From a virus (Duplodnaviria > Caudoviricetes), in the IMG/VR virus record IMGVR_UViG_2551306257_000001, positions 5,988 through 69,987 of that record: DNA of 64,000 nucleotides; one strand, written 5' to 3'. Below the pieces are notes generated by a model. It made no database searches and was not told where the DNA came from. It saw only the letters and a program-made list of their open reading frames with translations. Positions 20,403 to 29,983 of the stretch are shown here, piece by piece (positions within the stretch are counted from its first letter, which is position 1; each line of letters begins with the position of its first letter). Made by a program: the position numbers and the translations under genes.

Positions 20403-21220
20403 TACCTCCTATCTTCCATATCATCTGGATACTTAAAACTATTCCCTGTCACGCCAGCAAGGATACGACTAGACAAGGCCCCGTTCCCGAAATCATCTGC
20501 ATAGAGAGCTTTGATTTCACTGCTGTTCAGATTTGTGTTGAAAATGGTGTTGGATCGATTGTCAAGTATCTCATAGAGCACTTGGTGTCGCCAGGCGTTC
20601 TTGGCAGTGTTACCGTCCTTCCTGCTCTCTTTGCCTAGGTCATCCAAAAAAAGGTAATCAACCCTAGTAAGCAAGTCAACCATTTTAGCCTTTGAATAGC
20701 CATTGTCAACCGAGAAACTCTCCTCGATTTTGTTAAATAGGCTAACCACAGACACAAAGAGGACCGACTTTGGATTGCCGTATGCCTTGAATTGCTCATT
20801 CATCCACTTGGCCAATCCATAAGTTAGATGACTCTTCCCAACTCCTGACGGACCAGTCACTATGCTGTTGCCTGTCTTACCGAGCCTATAAAACTCCTCG
20901 ATACGTTTGGCATAGTTGATAGCTTTTGGGTCTATATCAGACCTAATCTCATAGTTATCAAGAGACTTGTTTACCAAATTTGTGGATACCATGCTATCCC
21001 TTTCAAAGACAGAGTAGGTATCTGCTAATTTGCTGTTAATCTCAGACTGCCTTTGCAACTCTTTTTCAAAATTGCTAATTGCAGCCTTGGTGCATTCAGG
21101 ACAAGTCACAGTCTGTTCCCTTCGTCCATTTATCACAATATGGTAAGACCACAATTGACAGCCGTGGACCTCGCAGGTATCATCCAGAACTTGACGATTT
21201 CTAAATTCATTAAAGTTCAT
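20399..21220 (-). CDS. DnaC/IstB-like helicase loader ATPase
   Basis: N-terminal C-x2-H..C-x2-C, Walker A GPSGVGKS, Walker B LFLDDLG. Confidence 0.9.
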   Translation of the reverse strand: MNFNEFRNRQVLDDTCEVHGCQLWSYHIVINGRREQTVTCPECTKAAISNFEKELQRQSEINSKLADTYSVFERDSMVSTNLVNKSLDNYEIRSDIDPKAINYAKRIEEFYRLGKTGNSIVTGPSGVGKSHLTYGLAKWMNEQFKAYGNPKSVLFVSVVSLFNKIEESFSVDNGYSKAKMVDLLTRVDYLFLDDLGKESRKDGNTAKNAWRHQVLYEILDNRSNTIFNTNLNSSEIKALYADDFGNGALSSRILAGVTGNSFKYPDDMEDRRY

Positions 21221-21981
21221 CAGAAGCCCAACCTTTCATCGATTGCATTGGCAAAAGTTCCTCTGCTCTGCCGTGAATTTTGATTCACATAGTTTTCAAA
21301 CTTAGATCCAAATAAAGTGGTGGGCCTCAAATACTTGGCGAAATCAGTCCCCTTCCATTCGCTAACCTTGATATCAATAACATACTTGAAGTCTTCTAAC
21401 GTGTAACCCTCCTTTAGTCTGGCATTGATATGTCTTTGGGTAGCTTGTGAGCTGAAAGCAAATCTAGTCCCAGCAACCTGGTTAAGGTAAGCAATCACTT
21501 CTGTAATAATATCTATATTATTGTTCTTATCAGTCTTGTTATTCTCAGTCTTGATTGTGTGTACTTTTTGCACTTCCGAAAGTGTATTTTCTACACTTCC
21601 AGTGTGTATTTTTTGCACTTCCGAAAGTGTATTTTCTACACTTCCACTCAAAACCTCAAGATAGATGCGATTAGGAAGATTCATTCCCTGTCTTACTTCC
21701 GACAAAAGTCCTGCATCTTTAAGTTCTTTTTTTATCTTGATGATTGTCTTGTTGCTATTGCAATTAAGATCTATCATCAGTTGATCGTTGGTGTAATACT
21801 GAAACACATTTCCTTCTGAATCATGCCAACCATTTTTTACAGAAAGTTCAAGTCTGTCAAAGAGTAGCATATACATCAACTTAGCATTATTACTAAGAGA
21901 CTTGTACTTCTCGTCATAAATGAATGGTTTTGGGAATTTGAAGAAGGATAAGAAGCCTACGACATCTGTCTTTTTTATCAT
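21220..21981 (-). CDS. Phage replication initiator (RepA_N-like N-terminus plus conserved phage C-terminal domain)
   Basis: FFKFPKPF..LSNNAKLMYMLL..; YLRPTTLFGSKFENYVN. Confidence 0.88.
   Translation of the reverse strand: MIKKTDVVGFLSFFKFPKPFIYDEKYKSLSNNAKLMYMLLFDRLELSVKNGWHDSEGNVFQYYTNDQLMIDLNCNSNKTIIKIKKELKDAGLLSEVRQGMNLPNRIYLEVLSGSVENTLSEVQKIHTGSVENTLSEVQKVHTIKTENNKTDKNNNIDIITEVIAYLNQVAGTRFAFSSQATQRHINARLKEGYTLEDFKYVIDIKVSEWKGTDFAKYLRPTTLFGSKFENYVNQNSRQSRGTFANAIDERLGF
21557..21646. repeat. Two tandem 45-bp repeats (probable origin iterons) inside the initiator gene
   Basis: gtgtgta(c/t)tttttgcacttccgaaagtgtattttctacacttcca x2. Confidence 0.8.
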
Positions 21982-23312
21982 TTCCTTTCCTCCACATCTG
22001 AAAATTTCACATACTCTTTGTGGAAATAAAGCTGGATTGTTGTTAATTTTCCATGCCTGTTTTTTTCCAGAATGAGCTCTGTGATATTGTTTTCTGGTTG
22101 CCCCTGTTCATGTTTGGTGTAGTAAGATTCGCGGTGTAAAAATGCCACTATGTCGGCATCTTGCTCGATAGAGCCAGATTCCCGCAAATCAGAGAGCATT
22201 GGTCTTTTATTCTGCCGCTGCTCAACCCCACGAGATAGTTGGCTCAGGGCAATCACTGGAACATTCAGCTCCATTGCAATCACTTTCAACTGACGGGAAA
22301 TGTCTGAAACCTCCTGTTGCCGATTTTCAGAACGGCTTCCCGTGATAAGTTGCAAGTAGTCAATCACAATTAGCCCTAGTCCGCCGACATCACTGGCCAG
22401 CTTCCGACACTGCGAGCGAATCTCGCTGATTTTAATTCCAGGTGTATCGTGGATGTAAATCGGGGCGTTGTAGAGTTGCCCTTGGGCATATACCAGCCTC
22501 TCCCATTCGTCTCTTGATAATTGACCTGTTCTGATAGACTGGGATTTGACCGGGCCCTCTGCTGCCAACATACGCTCAACCAGGGCTTCTGCTCTCATTT
22601 CCAAAGAGAAGACAGCCACTGGCAAATCTGACTGGGTCGCAACGTTCTGAGCGATGTTGAGGGCAAATGCTGTCTTACCCATTGCAGGCCTAGCTGCCAA
22701 GACAATGAGATTCCCTTTGTGTAGTCCTGTGGTGGCCTTGTCCAAATCACGAAATCCTGTTGGTAAGCCAGTCACATCGCTAGATCTACTAGCTCTCTCC
22801 TCGATCGTATCGAAATTACCAAGGATGACCTGTGATATAGGTTGGAAGCTACCTTTACTCTTACTGTTATTGACTGAGACCAGTGTCTGCTCTGTCTTAG
22901 CGATTACATCGTCAATTGACAATGCATCATCATAGGCTGATTGAATAGCATCTGTCAGCTCTGCTATGACGGTCCTGGCTTTTGATTTGCTGGCCACAAT
23001 CTTAGCATATCCCTCGACGTGCTGACTTGTCGGGGTGCTGTTGACCACTTCTGCTATGTAAGGCAACCCACCTACTCCGCTCAGACTGCCTTGTGACTCC
23101 AAATACCCTTTGATCGTGACGGCATCTATAACTTCTCCTCGCTCATAAATCTCTAGCATAGCCTTAAATAAAATTTGGTGACTAGGCCTAAAGAAATCTG
23201 CAGGGGTGAGGTGTTCAGACACCGTCACAATCTTCTCAGGAGATATAAAAATAGACCCAAGGACCGCTTGCTCCGCTAAAATATCTTGAGGTGGAATGCG
23301 TAGATCATTCAT
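21978..23312 (-). CDS. dnaB: Replicative DNA helicase (phage-encoded DnaB family)
   Basis: PPQDILAEQAVLG, AARPAMGKT, FSLEM, IDYLQL, LSQLSR, DLRESGSIEQDAD. Confidence 0.96.
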   Translation of the reverse strand: MNDLRIPPQDILAEQAVLGSIFISPEKIVTVSEHLTPADFFRPSHQILFKAMLEIYERGEVIDAVTIKGYLESQGSLSGVGGLPYIAEVVNSTPTSQHVEGYAKIVASKSKARTVIAELTDAIQSAYDDALSIDDVIAKTEQTLVSVNNSKSKGSFQPISQVILGNFDTIEERASRSSDVTGLPTGFRDLDKATTGLHKGNLIVLAARPAMGKTAFALNIAQNVATQSDLPVAVFSLEMRAEALVERMLAAEGPVKSQSIRTGQLSRDEWERLVYAQGQLYNAPIYIHDTPGIKISEIRSQCRKLASDVGGLGLIVIDYLQLITGSRSENRQQEVSDISRQLKVIAMELNVPVIALSQLSRGVEQRQNKRPMLSDLRESGSIEQDADIVAFLHRESYYTKHEQGQPENNITELILEKNRHGKLTTIQLYFHKEYVKFSDVEERK

Positions 23313-24709
23313 TTCTCAATCTCCTGTGGATTGCCGTAAATCATATATACAGCTATTTCCATCTGTGCCATACCATAAGCGTGACCAACCCAGTCCTTAA
23401 ATTCTTGAGACATTGGCAACCAATCTTTAGTAGCTCCCAGATCATAGTCTTCCGGTTTTTGATTAGCAAAGATGCATTCCATCGCTCCCATAAATGTCAT
23501 TCCGTCTTCAGCCATATCCCAAAAGTAATCTACTCTATCCTTAACAACTGATGGTAACTCATGTGCTGGCGGAGACGGTTTGTCATTTTGTACTGTCCAG
23601 CCATAGACTCCTCTATACATATTTTTTAATTTTTCCATGTCCTACCCCTCTACTTTCTGGTTGGAGTTTTTCTCCATAATGTCAACAATATTTGTCAGCA
23701 TACTTTTGTGTAGAGTGATATAGTTATTTTTCTTGACTTGACTTGCAAAAATACAAATACGTTTTCCATAGTAGTTGCATTTTTCTGTCTCTCTATACCG
23801 CTCATCTTGTGTTATCTGGTCTTTATTTGCGAGGCTGAAAAGAATCACTTCGTCCGACTCTCTCCACTCTTTACTCAGGCACTTAGACAGACTTTCAAGT
23901 GCCAATTGAAGCATAAAATCTTTAGCCATGCTCACCCTCCGTTTTCTCCGTACAAGTTAAAAATCAAGGTCCTGTAAGTATTGACCTGTCCCTGCAAGCT
24001 ATCAACCTGATCTTGCAGTTGCTCGGTGAGATAGAGGATTCCGATAGACATGATAATTAGTAAAAAAATGATGCCCGTAAAAATATAATTGAGGGTTGAT
24101 TGTCTATTCATCATCCTTCTCCTCCCACATCTCAGCTGTAATGCCCTTATTCCAAAGGTCCTGTTGATAAACTCTGGCTTCTTGCCAGGTATCAAAAGAC
24201 TTCTTGTAGTGGTACTTTCGACCACGACTCTTTTTATTTATTTTTGCCACAATCCAAACCATAGCTAGCCCTCACGATCTGTCAATAGCTCAGCTTGGCA
24301 CTTATTGACATTCTCCAAGAAGTCAATCCGTCTGCGTAGCTCATCAATCAGCCTAGCCTGACCAACGCATTCCTGATTTTTCAGCAAAGCTAGTTTCTTG
24401 TATTCCTTGGCTGTGTGCCTAGCGTTGGCCAACTCACGTTCCAGCTCATGTTGGCTTTCAGGAATGTAGTCATCTTCCTCAACGCTCAAAAACTTTTTCA
24501 TCATGTCCCAAAATTTCATTCTATCCTCCGTAATATCTGCGAATTTGCAAGTATCTCAAATTCCGTTCTGTTTGCTTTTCTTCAATCACAGGCTCCTTGA
24601 CCTCTATTTCAATCTCAACAGGCTTACGAATCAGCCAGATTAAGATTGGGGTCAAAATAGCAATAAATGCCAAACCTTGCTCAGCTGTCAGCATCAATTC
24701 TTCTGTCAT
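23309..24709 (-). CDS. Cluster of small hypothetical early genes (23309-23638, 23642-23935, 23932-24114, 24265-24519, 24521-24709)
   Basis: Closely packed co-oriented ORFs; two have single TM helices. Confidence 0.6.
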
Positions 24710-24990
24710 ATCGCTGTCCTCTGCCAATTATTGTGATACCATTCAATCACTGCATCACGAGGGTACTTCTCGCGAGCATTCGGAATCCGTGGAAAATCTT
24801 TGTGACAATTAAATCGTGCATCAAAACTCCCTGTATCCTTTGTCCCAAGTAACATTTCTGCACATTGAGATTTGTTGAGTTCCATTGGATATCGTCGTTT
24901 TTCGTCCATGACAACGTGCATGACCTTTAACGCTCTATCCATTAGACCAGCTTCAAACTGGTCCAACATTTGAATCATTAGATCATTCAT
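24706..24990 (-). CDS. Putative DNA-binding / excisionase-like protein
   Basis: ELNKSQCAEML..FPRI..KYPRDAVIEWY (AlpA/Xis-like wHTH pattern). Confidence 0.65.
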   Translation of the reverse strand: MNDLMIQMLDQFEAGLMDRALKVMHVVMDEKRRYPMELNKSQCAEMLLGTKDTGSFDARFNCHKDFPRIPNAREKYPRDAVIEWYHNNWQRTAI

Positions 24991-25032
24991 GGTATAATCC
25001 TCTTGTATCTTTATATTTGAGCCTGATTGCCG

Positions 25033-25761
25033 TCAGGCTTTTTGCGTATCTTCGTTCAAAAACTTATTGATAAAGTAGGTCTGTCCTTTACCTGTCATCT
25101 TGGTCGTCTTGCTGATCCGAATGCTGCCATTAGGCTCATTATGTGTTCGCTCCTTGACCTCAAACAAGCTCATATCCATAGACCTCTGGGTCGGCATATT
25201 GTAGCTCTCTCCACGTTTCCGAATGAGAAAACCATTGTTCCGCAACCACTCAAACAAACGATTTTGACCGATATTGTAGCCATTTTGGCGCAAAATCTTG
25301 GCAAAGTCCCCAATCAAGATAGATGTAGCACTAGCCTCGACCGCATTCGCAAACAGCACCTTAGGCTTGTCAGCTTCAATCTGTGCTTCCAGCTGATGCA
25401 CCTTCTTGTCGGCTAATAGCAGAGCCCGTGCCATAATTTTCTCTGGACTGTTGAAGTCCTTTTCTATTTGGATAAAGTACTGACGAACCTGCTTGCCACG
25501 GTCTGTCCGTTGGATCATAGCAATTTCCTTGGCCATGTCCAGCTTGATAATGTGGTCAACCTTGTTATGACCTCCACGACCTGTTTGGTTTCCAAAATTG
25601 GAAAGCAAAACGTAGTCTTCATTTTCCGTAAAACCATATTCAGTCATACGGTCAAACCAGGTTGTGTAATTTGAATTGACTCCCAAAGCCTCATGCAACT
25701 GCCGACCAGACACCACAGGCTCTTGATTGTCGTTCACACTAACGTTGATAATTTCGTTCAT
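25033..25761 (-). CDS. Phage antirepressor (AntA/AntB plus KilAC)
   Basis: VSGRQLHEAL..LDMAKEIAMIQR..GKQVRQYFI; PKVLFANAV..IGQNRLFEWLR..TGKGQTYF. Confidence 0.92.
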   Translation of the reverse strand: MNEIINVSVNDNQEPVVSGRQLHEALGVNSNYTTWFDRMTEYGFTENEDYVLLSNFGNQTGRGGHNKVDHIIKLDMAKEIAMIQRTDRGKQVRQYFIQIEKDFNSPEKIMARALLLADKKVHQLEAQIEADKPKVLFANAVEASATSILIGDFAKILRQNGYNIGQNRLFEWLRNNGFLIRKRGESYNMPTQRSMDMSLFEVKERTHNEPNGSIRISKTTKMTGKGQTYFINKFLNEDTQKA

Positions 25762-25814
25762 AAAATTCCTTTCTAATTTGATATAATAAAATAAAAAACT
25801 ATTAGGAGACTAGC

Positions 25815-26348
25815 ATGACTACTTCTGACGTTATTGAAGTGTTATCAATCATTACCTCAACTATCATAGGACTAATCTCAATCTACTACTCCAACAAAGC
25901 CATCAAAATTGCTAGCGATGCAAACAAACTAACAGCAGAAATCACCGCAGAAACGAATAGACCTGTAGTCGTAGCCTATCTCGAAACCGTAGAAATTGAA
26001 AGTTTTCATAAATACATGGTTATCAAGAATTTTGGGAATACTCCTGCAACCATCCTAGATTTGAAATTCATGAAAAGCATTGACGAATATGATTTTAATA
26101 TGTCCTCATTGATTGGTTACACTATTGCTCCATCACAAAAATTTATGCATGTCATCGATAACGACCTAAAAGGAACTGTCATAGTAAACATCATCTATCA
26201 GACTGTGACTGGACAGAATTTTGATGAAGTTTATCAAGTCAAGCTAAATGCTACTGAAAAGCTGTTTTGGATTGGCAGTAATGATCAAGATAAGCAATTA
26301 AAATTCATGAAAAACGCTGCCGAGGCCTTTATTAAGGTTTTGAAATAA
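25815..26348 (+). CDS. Counter-oriented accessory gene with an N-terminal TM helix
   Basis: 177 aa, AGGAG RBS, TGnTATAAT upstream, AT-rich. Confidence 0.75.
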   Translation: MTTSDVIEVLSIITSTIIGLISIYYSNKAIKIASDANKLTAEITAETNRPVVVAYLETVEIESFHKYMVIKNFGNTPATILDLKFMKSIDEYDFNMSSLIGYTIAPSQKFMHVIDNDLKGTVIVNIIYQTVTGQNFDEVYQVKLNATEKLFWIGSNDQDKQLKFMKNAAEAFIKVLK

Positions 26349-26351
26349 CCA

Positions 26352-26825
26352 CTAAATACTCAATATTGAATGATTTTTTATATGTTCAATCGTCTCATTA
26401 AGTACAAAAATTGCCTTTCCGCTTGTGAACTCTTTTTTAGCTAATAATTGAATAATATCTTGCTTAGCATTTGCAAGCTCCTCGTTTGTAATATAATTAT
26501 TCACACCATTCCCCTCCTTATCTCACCAAGTGCTAAAATGGTTTCCCAAACATCTAGCCCTTCAAGGCTATCAACTATCAGTTGACTGAGCTGGTAGTTT
26601 TTCTTTTGCCAGTTCTGGATAAGCTTGCTAGTCATCATCTTCCACCACATTCTGTACTTCCACCACCTCAATATGAGCCTGCTTGACTTTCAAGTCTTTG
26701 GAAGCACAGTAGCGAATCAAGATGCTCACTGCCTCACCGATTTTTAAATCATGCTCATTAGCAAAATCTACAACGTATTCATATGCATCCGATTCAATAC
26801 GGACTACCTTTTCAGCTATTTTCAT
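26352..26825 (-). CDS. Three small early genes (26352-26504, 26501-26635, 26628-26825)
   Basis: Hand-translated 50-aa and 44-aa ORFs plus a track ORF, with overlapping stop/start codons. Confidence 0.5.
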
Positions 26826-26829
26826 GTTT

Positions 26830-27042
26830 CTACTCCTCCTCAAAACTTTCCCAGCTCTCAGTAATTCTGAGTTTCTTGTTTACTTTCAGCTTGAGGTCAT
26901 CGCTACCATGCCCTTCATTCAAAAGACGACTGACCATAGTAGGTGAAACACCAAGCACAATCGCAAGATCCGACTGCGACCAACCACGTTCGTGTAGTCG
27001 CTTTTTAACCAAATCAATCCATTTTTGATGTTGTTGGCTCAT
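26830..27042 (-). CDS. Cro-like XRE HTH regulator, 70 aa
   Basis: RGWSQSDLAIVLGVSPTMVSRLLN; start MSQQHQKW. Confidence 0.88.
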   Translation of the reverse strand: MSQQHQKWIDLVKKRLHERGWSQSDLAIVLGVSPTMVSRLLNEGHGSDDLKLKVNKKLRITESWESFEEE

Positions 27043-27100
27043 ATTTTCCCTTTCTATTTTTGGTATAATTGACTTATCATAACGGAAAGGAGGATAAGTC

Positions 27101-27445
27101 ATGGATAATGAAGTTCTGGCAGAGTTGAAAATATTAGTTATTGATTTAAAAAATGCAACTTCTAAACTACATTCCGAATTGATAAACAATACGGAAAAAC
27201 AAACAGCTGAAGTGTCAATCAGTATCAACGAACTATATAGTCAGTACACTGCACTCAAACTTTTTCTTTCAGTCTATCGTGAGTATGCACACTATGAAAT
27301 AACTTCTCTAATTTCATTTTTTGAGAGATACTACCATGAGCTCAAAAATACATTCATACACAACGATAGAAACACTTCGTGGCTAGTCAGCGAACATAAC
27401 AATTTCGATAAGCAAGCAGAAATTGTTATAAGAATGCTTAACTAG
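27101..27445 (+). CDS. Counter-oriented accessory gene of unknown function
   Basis: 114 aa, AAAGGAGG RBS, TGGTATAAT at 27061. Confidence 0.75.
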   Translation: MDNEVLAELKILVIDLKNATSKLHSELINNTEKQTAEVSISINELYSQYTALKLFLSVYREYAHYEITSLISFFERYYHELKNTFIHNDRNTSWLVSEHNNFDKQAEIVIRMLN

Positions 27446-27459
27446 TACCACAAATTATT

Positions 27460-27729
27460 TCATTCTCCCAATACAATCTTGTGTTGGGACTTTTCATTGT
27501 CAATATAGGCACTAGCCATTTTTCTAACTCGACTTGCAACCATCTCGCAAATCGTGGCTGTCTCTACTGGAAGATCTGGATACTTATCAAAATGAAACGT
27601 ACGAGTTTCCAATTCGGACAAGTTATCACACTCCTTCAAAAGTTCCAGAAATGCCGATTCAGCAATGGTGTCAATAAGTTTGACAGTTGTTTCAATGTCA
27701 GATAAAAAATTTGTTGTGAGTTTTTTCAT
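27460..27729 (-). CDS. First gene of the early lytic operon, hypothetical
   Basis: 89 aa, AAAGGAGG RBS. Confidence 0.65.
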   Translation of the reverse strand: MKKLTTNFLSDIETTVKLIDTIAESAFLELLKECDNLSELETRTFHFDKYPDLPVETATICEMVASRVRKMASAYIDNEKSQHKIVLGE

Positions 27730-27779
27730 CAGTATGTTTCCTCCTTTCTATAAAATTAGTTAAAAAGTTAGTAAAATGA

Positions 27780-27961
27780 TTGACAAAAAATAATCTATAG
27801 ATTAAAATATAACCATAAAGAAAACACTTGATAAAACCCAGTTCAATCAATACAATCTGCTCGCCAAAGCTATTATTTTTTTGAATTAGTTTTTACTTGT
27901 GTACTTACTAACTCTTTAACTTTACAAAAACTATTGTAATCTATTGATTAAATTATGTCAA
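27780..27961. promoter_or_regulatory. Genetic switch: face-to-face promoters, each with a palindromic operator
   Basis: + TTGACA(27780)-17-TAAAAT with TAATCTATAGATTA; - TTGACA(27961)-17-TACAAT with TAATCTATTGATTA. Confidence 0.8.
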
Positions 27962-28021
27962 GGGTTTTAATCAATTTATTTCAATATTTTTTGTCAATCT
28001 CTTAGAAAGGTTGATAAATCA

Positions 28022-28387
28022 ATGTTTCCAACGTTTGAAAAAATAAAGGAACTAGCTGACAAGCATGGGATTTCAATCAATAAATTAGAAGAACGACTAG
28101 GATATAGTCGGAATACAATATATAATTTAAAGACAAAAAAACCGAACGCTGAACGAATTGCAGAAATCGCCGACTACTTCAACGTATCGACAGACTACCT
28201 GCTCGGACGGACAGACAACCCACGGATTGCCAGTGATGAAACAGCGATCATTGACGGTCAAGTTGTGGACTTGAGGGAAGCAGCTGCCCATACCATGCTC
28301 TTTGACGGAAGGCCGCTTGATGAAAATGATATAGATTTCATCACAGCAGTTTTGACTGCACACTTTAAAAATAAACAAAAGGATTGA
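28022..28387 (+). CDS. CI/ImmR-like XRE repressor
   Basis: GISINKLEERLGYSRNTIY..IADYFNVSTDYLLGR. Confidence 0.92.
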   Translation: MFPTFEKIKELADKHGISINKLEERLGYSRNTIYNLKTKKPNAERIAEIADYFNVSTDYLLGRTDNPRIASDETAIIDGQVVDLREAAAHTMLFDGRPLDENDIDFITAVLTAHFKNKQKD

Positions 28388-28774
28388 TTGCCTATGAAAC
28401 TTGACCAACTCTGTAAAGAGTTTGGAGTGGAATTGTGCCTGTTCGATGCCAGCGACTGGCATAGTTCGGGATTTTACAATCCAATAACCAAGGTCTTAGG
28501 GGTTGATGTGAATTTGTCCGAACAGGAGCAAAAGCAAGTCGCCCTACATGAGTTACAGCATAAGAATCACTTTCCGTATCAGTATCAGCTTTTTAGAGAG
28601 AGATGTGAACTCGACGCAAATAGGAATATGATCCACCATCTTTTGAAAGAAGAGTTAGAAATTGCTGAGGATCGCACTCAGTTTAATTACCTGGTCTTTA
28701 TGGAAAAATACAAACTAAAAACCATAGCTGATGAGGCTATGATCAAAGAAGAGTATTTGAATTTAGTTGGATGA
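28388..28774 (+). CDS. ImmA/IrrE-family metallopeptidase (anti-repressor protease)
   Basis: HELQH zinc motif, E-x-x-A-N; follows the repressor. Confidence 0.88.
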   Translation: MPMKLDQLCKEFGVELCLFDASDWHSSGFYNPITKVLGVDVNLSEQEQKQVALHELQHKNHFPYQYQLFRERCELDANRNMIHHLLKEELEIAEDRTQFNYLVFMEKYKLKTIADEAMIKEEYLNLVG

Positions 28775-28787
28775 AAGGAAAAAGAAT

Positions 28788-28865
28788 ATGGTAAGCATCC
28801 CAATCGCATCCGATACCGACTTCCGAACCATTGGTGAAGTGGTGGATATTTATAGGGAGAAATGA
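28788..28865 (+). pseudogene. Relic of the C-terminus of an S24/LexA-type phage repressor
   Basis: MVSIPIASDTDFRTIGEVVDIYREK resembles the terminal strand of streptococcal S24-domain CI proteins. Confidence 0.5.
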
Positions 28866-28934
28866 CCCCTGTGGTGATTGAGGAGTTTAATAATTTAATT
28901 TGACAATTGAAACATATCATGATACAATAGAGAC

Positions 28935-29000
28935 AATCGAAGTGAATGCTCCCCCCTGGGAGCCCTAAAGAGCTATTGTGTCCGCACAGTAGCTCTTTTT
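28935..29000 (+). ncRNA. Structured leader / antitoxin RNA upstream of the Abi gene (abiF-like)
   Basis: TTGACA(28900)-17-TACAAT(28923); hairpin GCTCCC-ccct-GGGAGC; terminator AAAGAGCTATTGTG-tccg-CACAGTAGCTCTTT followed by TT. Confidence 0.7.
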
Positions 29001-29015
29001 GATTTTGAGGTAAAT

Positions 29016-29969
29016 ATGCTGACTAAACCATTCAAAACTATTGATGAACAGATTGAGATTCTAAAGTCCAGAAACCTCACTTTCCTGCATGAGCCTTCAG
29101 CCAAAAGAATATTGGCTACTGTTGGTTACTACGAACTTATCAACGGTTATAAGGATATTGGTATTGAGACAGGTGAGACTTTCAAAGATGGCTTTACATT
29201 TGAACAACTTTTCCATGTTTTTAATATGGACAAAGAAATCCGCTCAGCAGTCAATGCCGCGATACTTGAAATAGAAGCTCATCTAAGAACCGCCCTATCC
29301 TATACTGTAGCCAAACACTACACCGCAGACCAGAATATCTATCTGAACAGAGAAAACTACGAAAGAGGGGATGATAAATTTCAAACATCTCAACGAGACA
29401 AGTTATTAAAGAAATGTCATAAAATCATCAACGATGATTCTCATCCCTATAAACATTACCGAGAAAAACACGGAAATGTTCCGCCTTGGATTCTCGTAAA
29501 AGGAATGACATTTGGGAACTTGATAGCATTCTATAAACTTCAAAAAAGCCAAGTGAAATCAGAAATAGTCAGTGAATTGACAGGTATTCCAGTTGAATTA
29601 GTTTCTGACGATTTCAAGTCCCTTATTATTAACATTCTGTACTTCCTTTTAGCTTACAGAAACCGTTGTGCACACCTTGGAAGAGTCTTTAATTTTGAAA
29701 CAACCAAAAATAAGATTCACTACAACAAATTATTCCATGATAGGATGAAAATAACCGAATCTGAATACAAGCAAGGAAAAGGACAATTTGGTCTAGCAAC
29801 CCTTGTGTCAGCCTTATCTTGGTTTTCAACAACTGGAGAAGTTTACCAGGTAGTCACAATACTCAATTTTAAGATACAAGAAGCTATCAACAACTATCTT
29901 AAACTCTACCCAACAGACAATGATTTTATCTACAATCAGTTAGGTGGAGATTTGATACCAATCGTATAA
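29016..29969 (+). CDS. Abi_2 (AbiD/AbiF family) HEPN ribonuclease
   Basis: KPFKTIDEQIEILKSR, GYYELINGY, PPWIL..MTFG, HEPN R-x4-H motif RNRCAH. Confidence 0.9.
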   Translation: MLTKPFKTIDEQIEILKSRNLTFLHEPSAKRILATVGYYELINGYKDIGIETGETFKDGFTFEQLFHVFNMDKEIRSAVNAAILEIEAHLRTALSYTVAKHYTADQNIYLNRENYERGDDKFQTSQRDKLLKKCHKIINDDSHPYKHYREKHGNVPPWILVKGMTFGNLIAFYKLQKSQVKSEIVSELTGIPVELVSDDFKSLIINILYFLLAYRNRCAHLGRVFNFETTKNKIHYNKLFHDRMKITESEYKQGKGQFGLATLVSALSWFSTTGEVYQVVTILNFKIQEAINNYLKLYPTDNDFIYNQLGGDLIPIV

Positions 29970-29983
29970 TGAAGGAGCACTCG

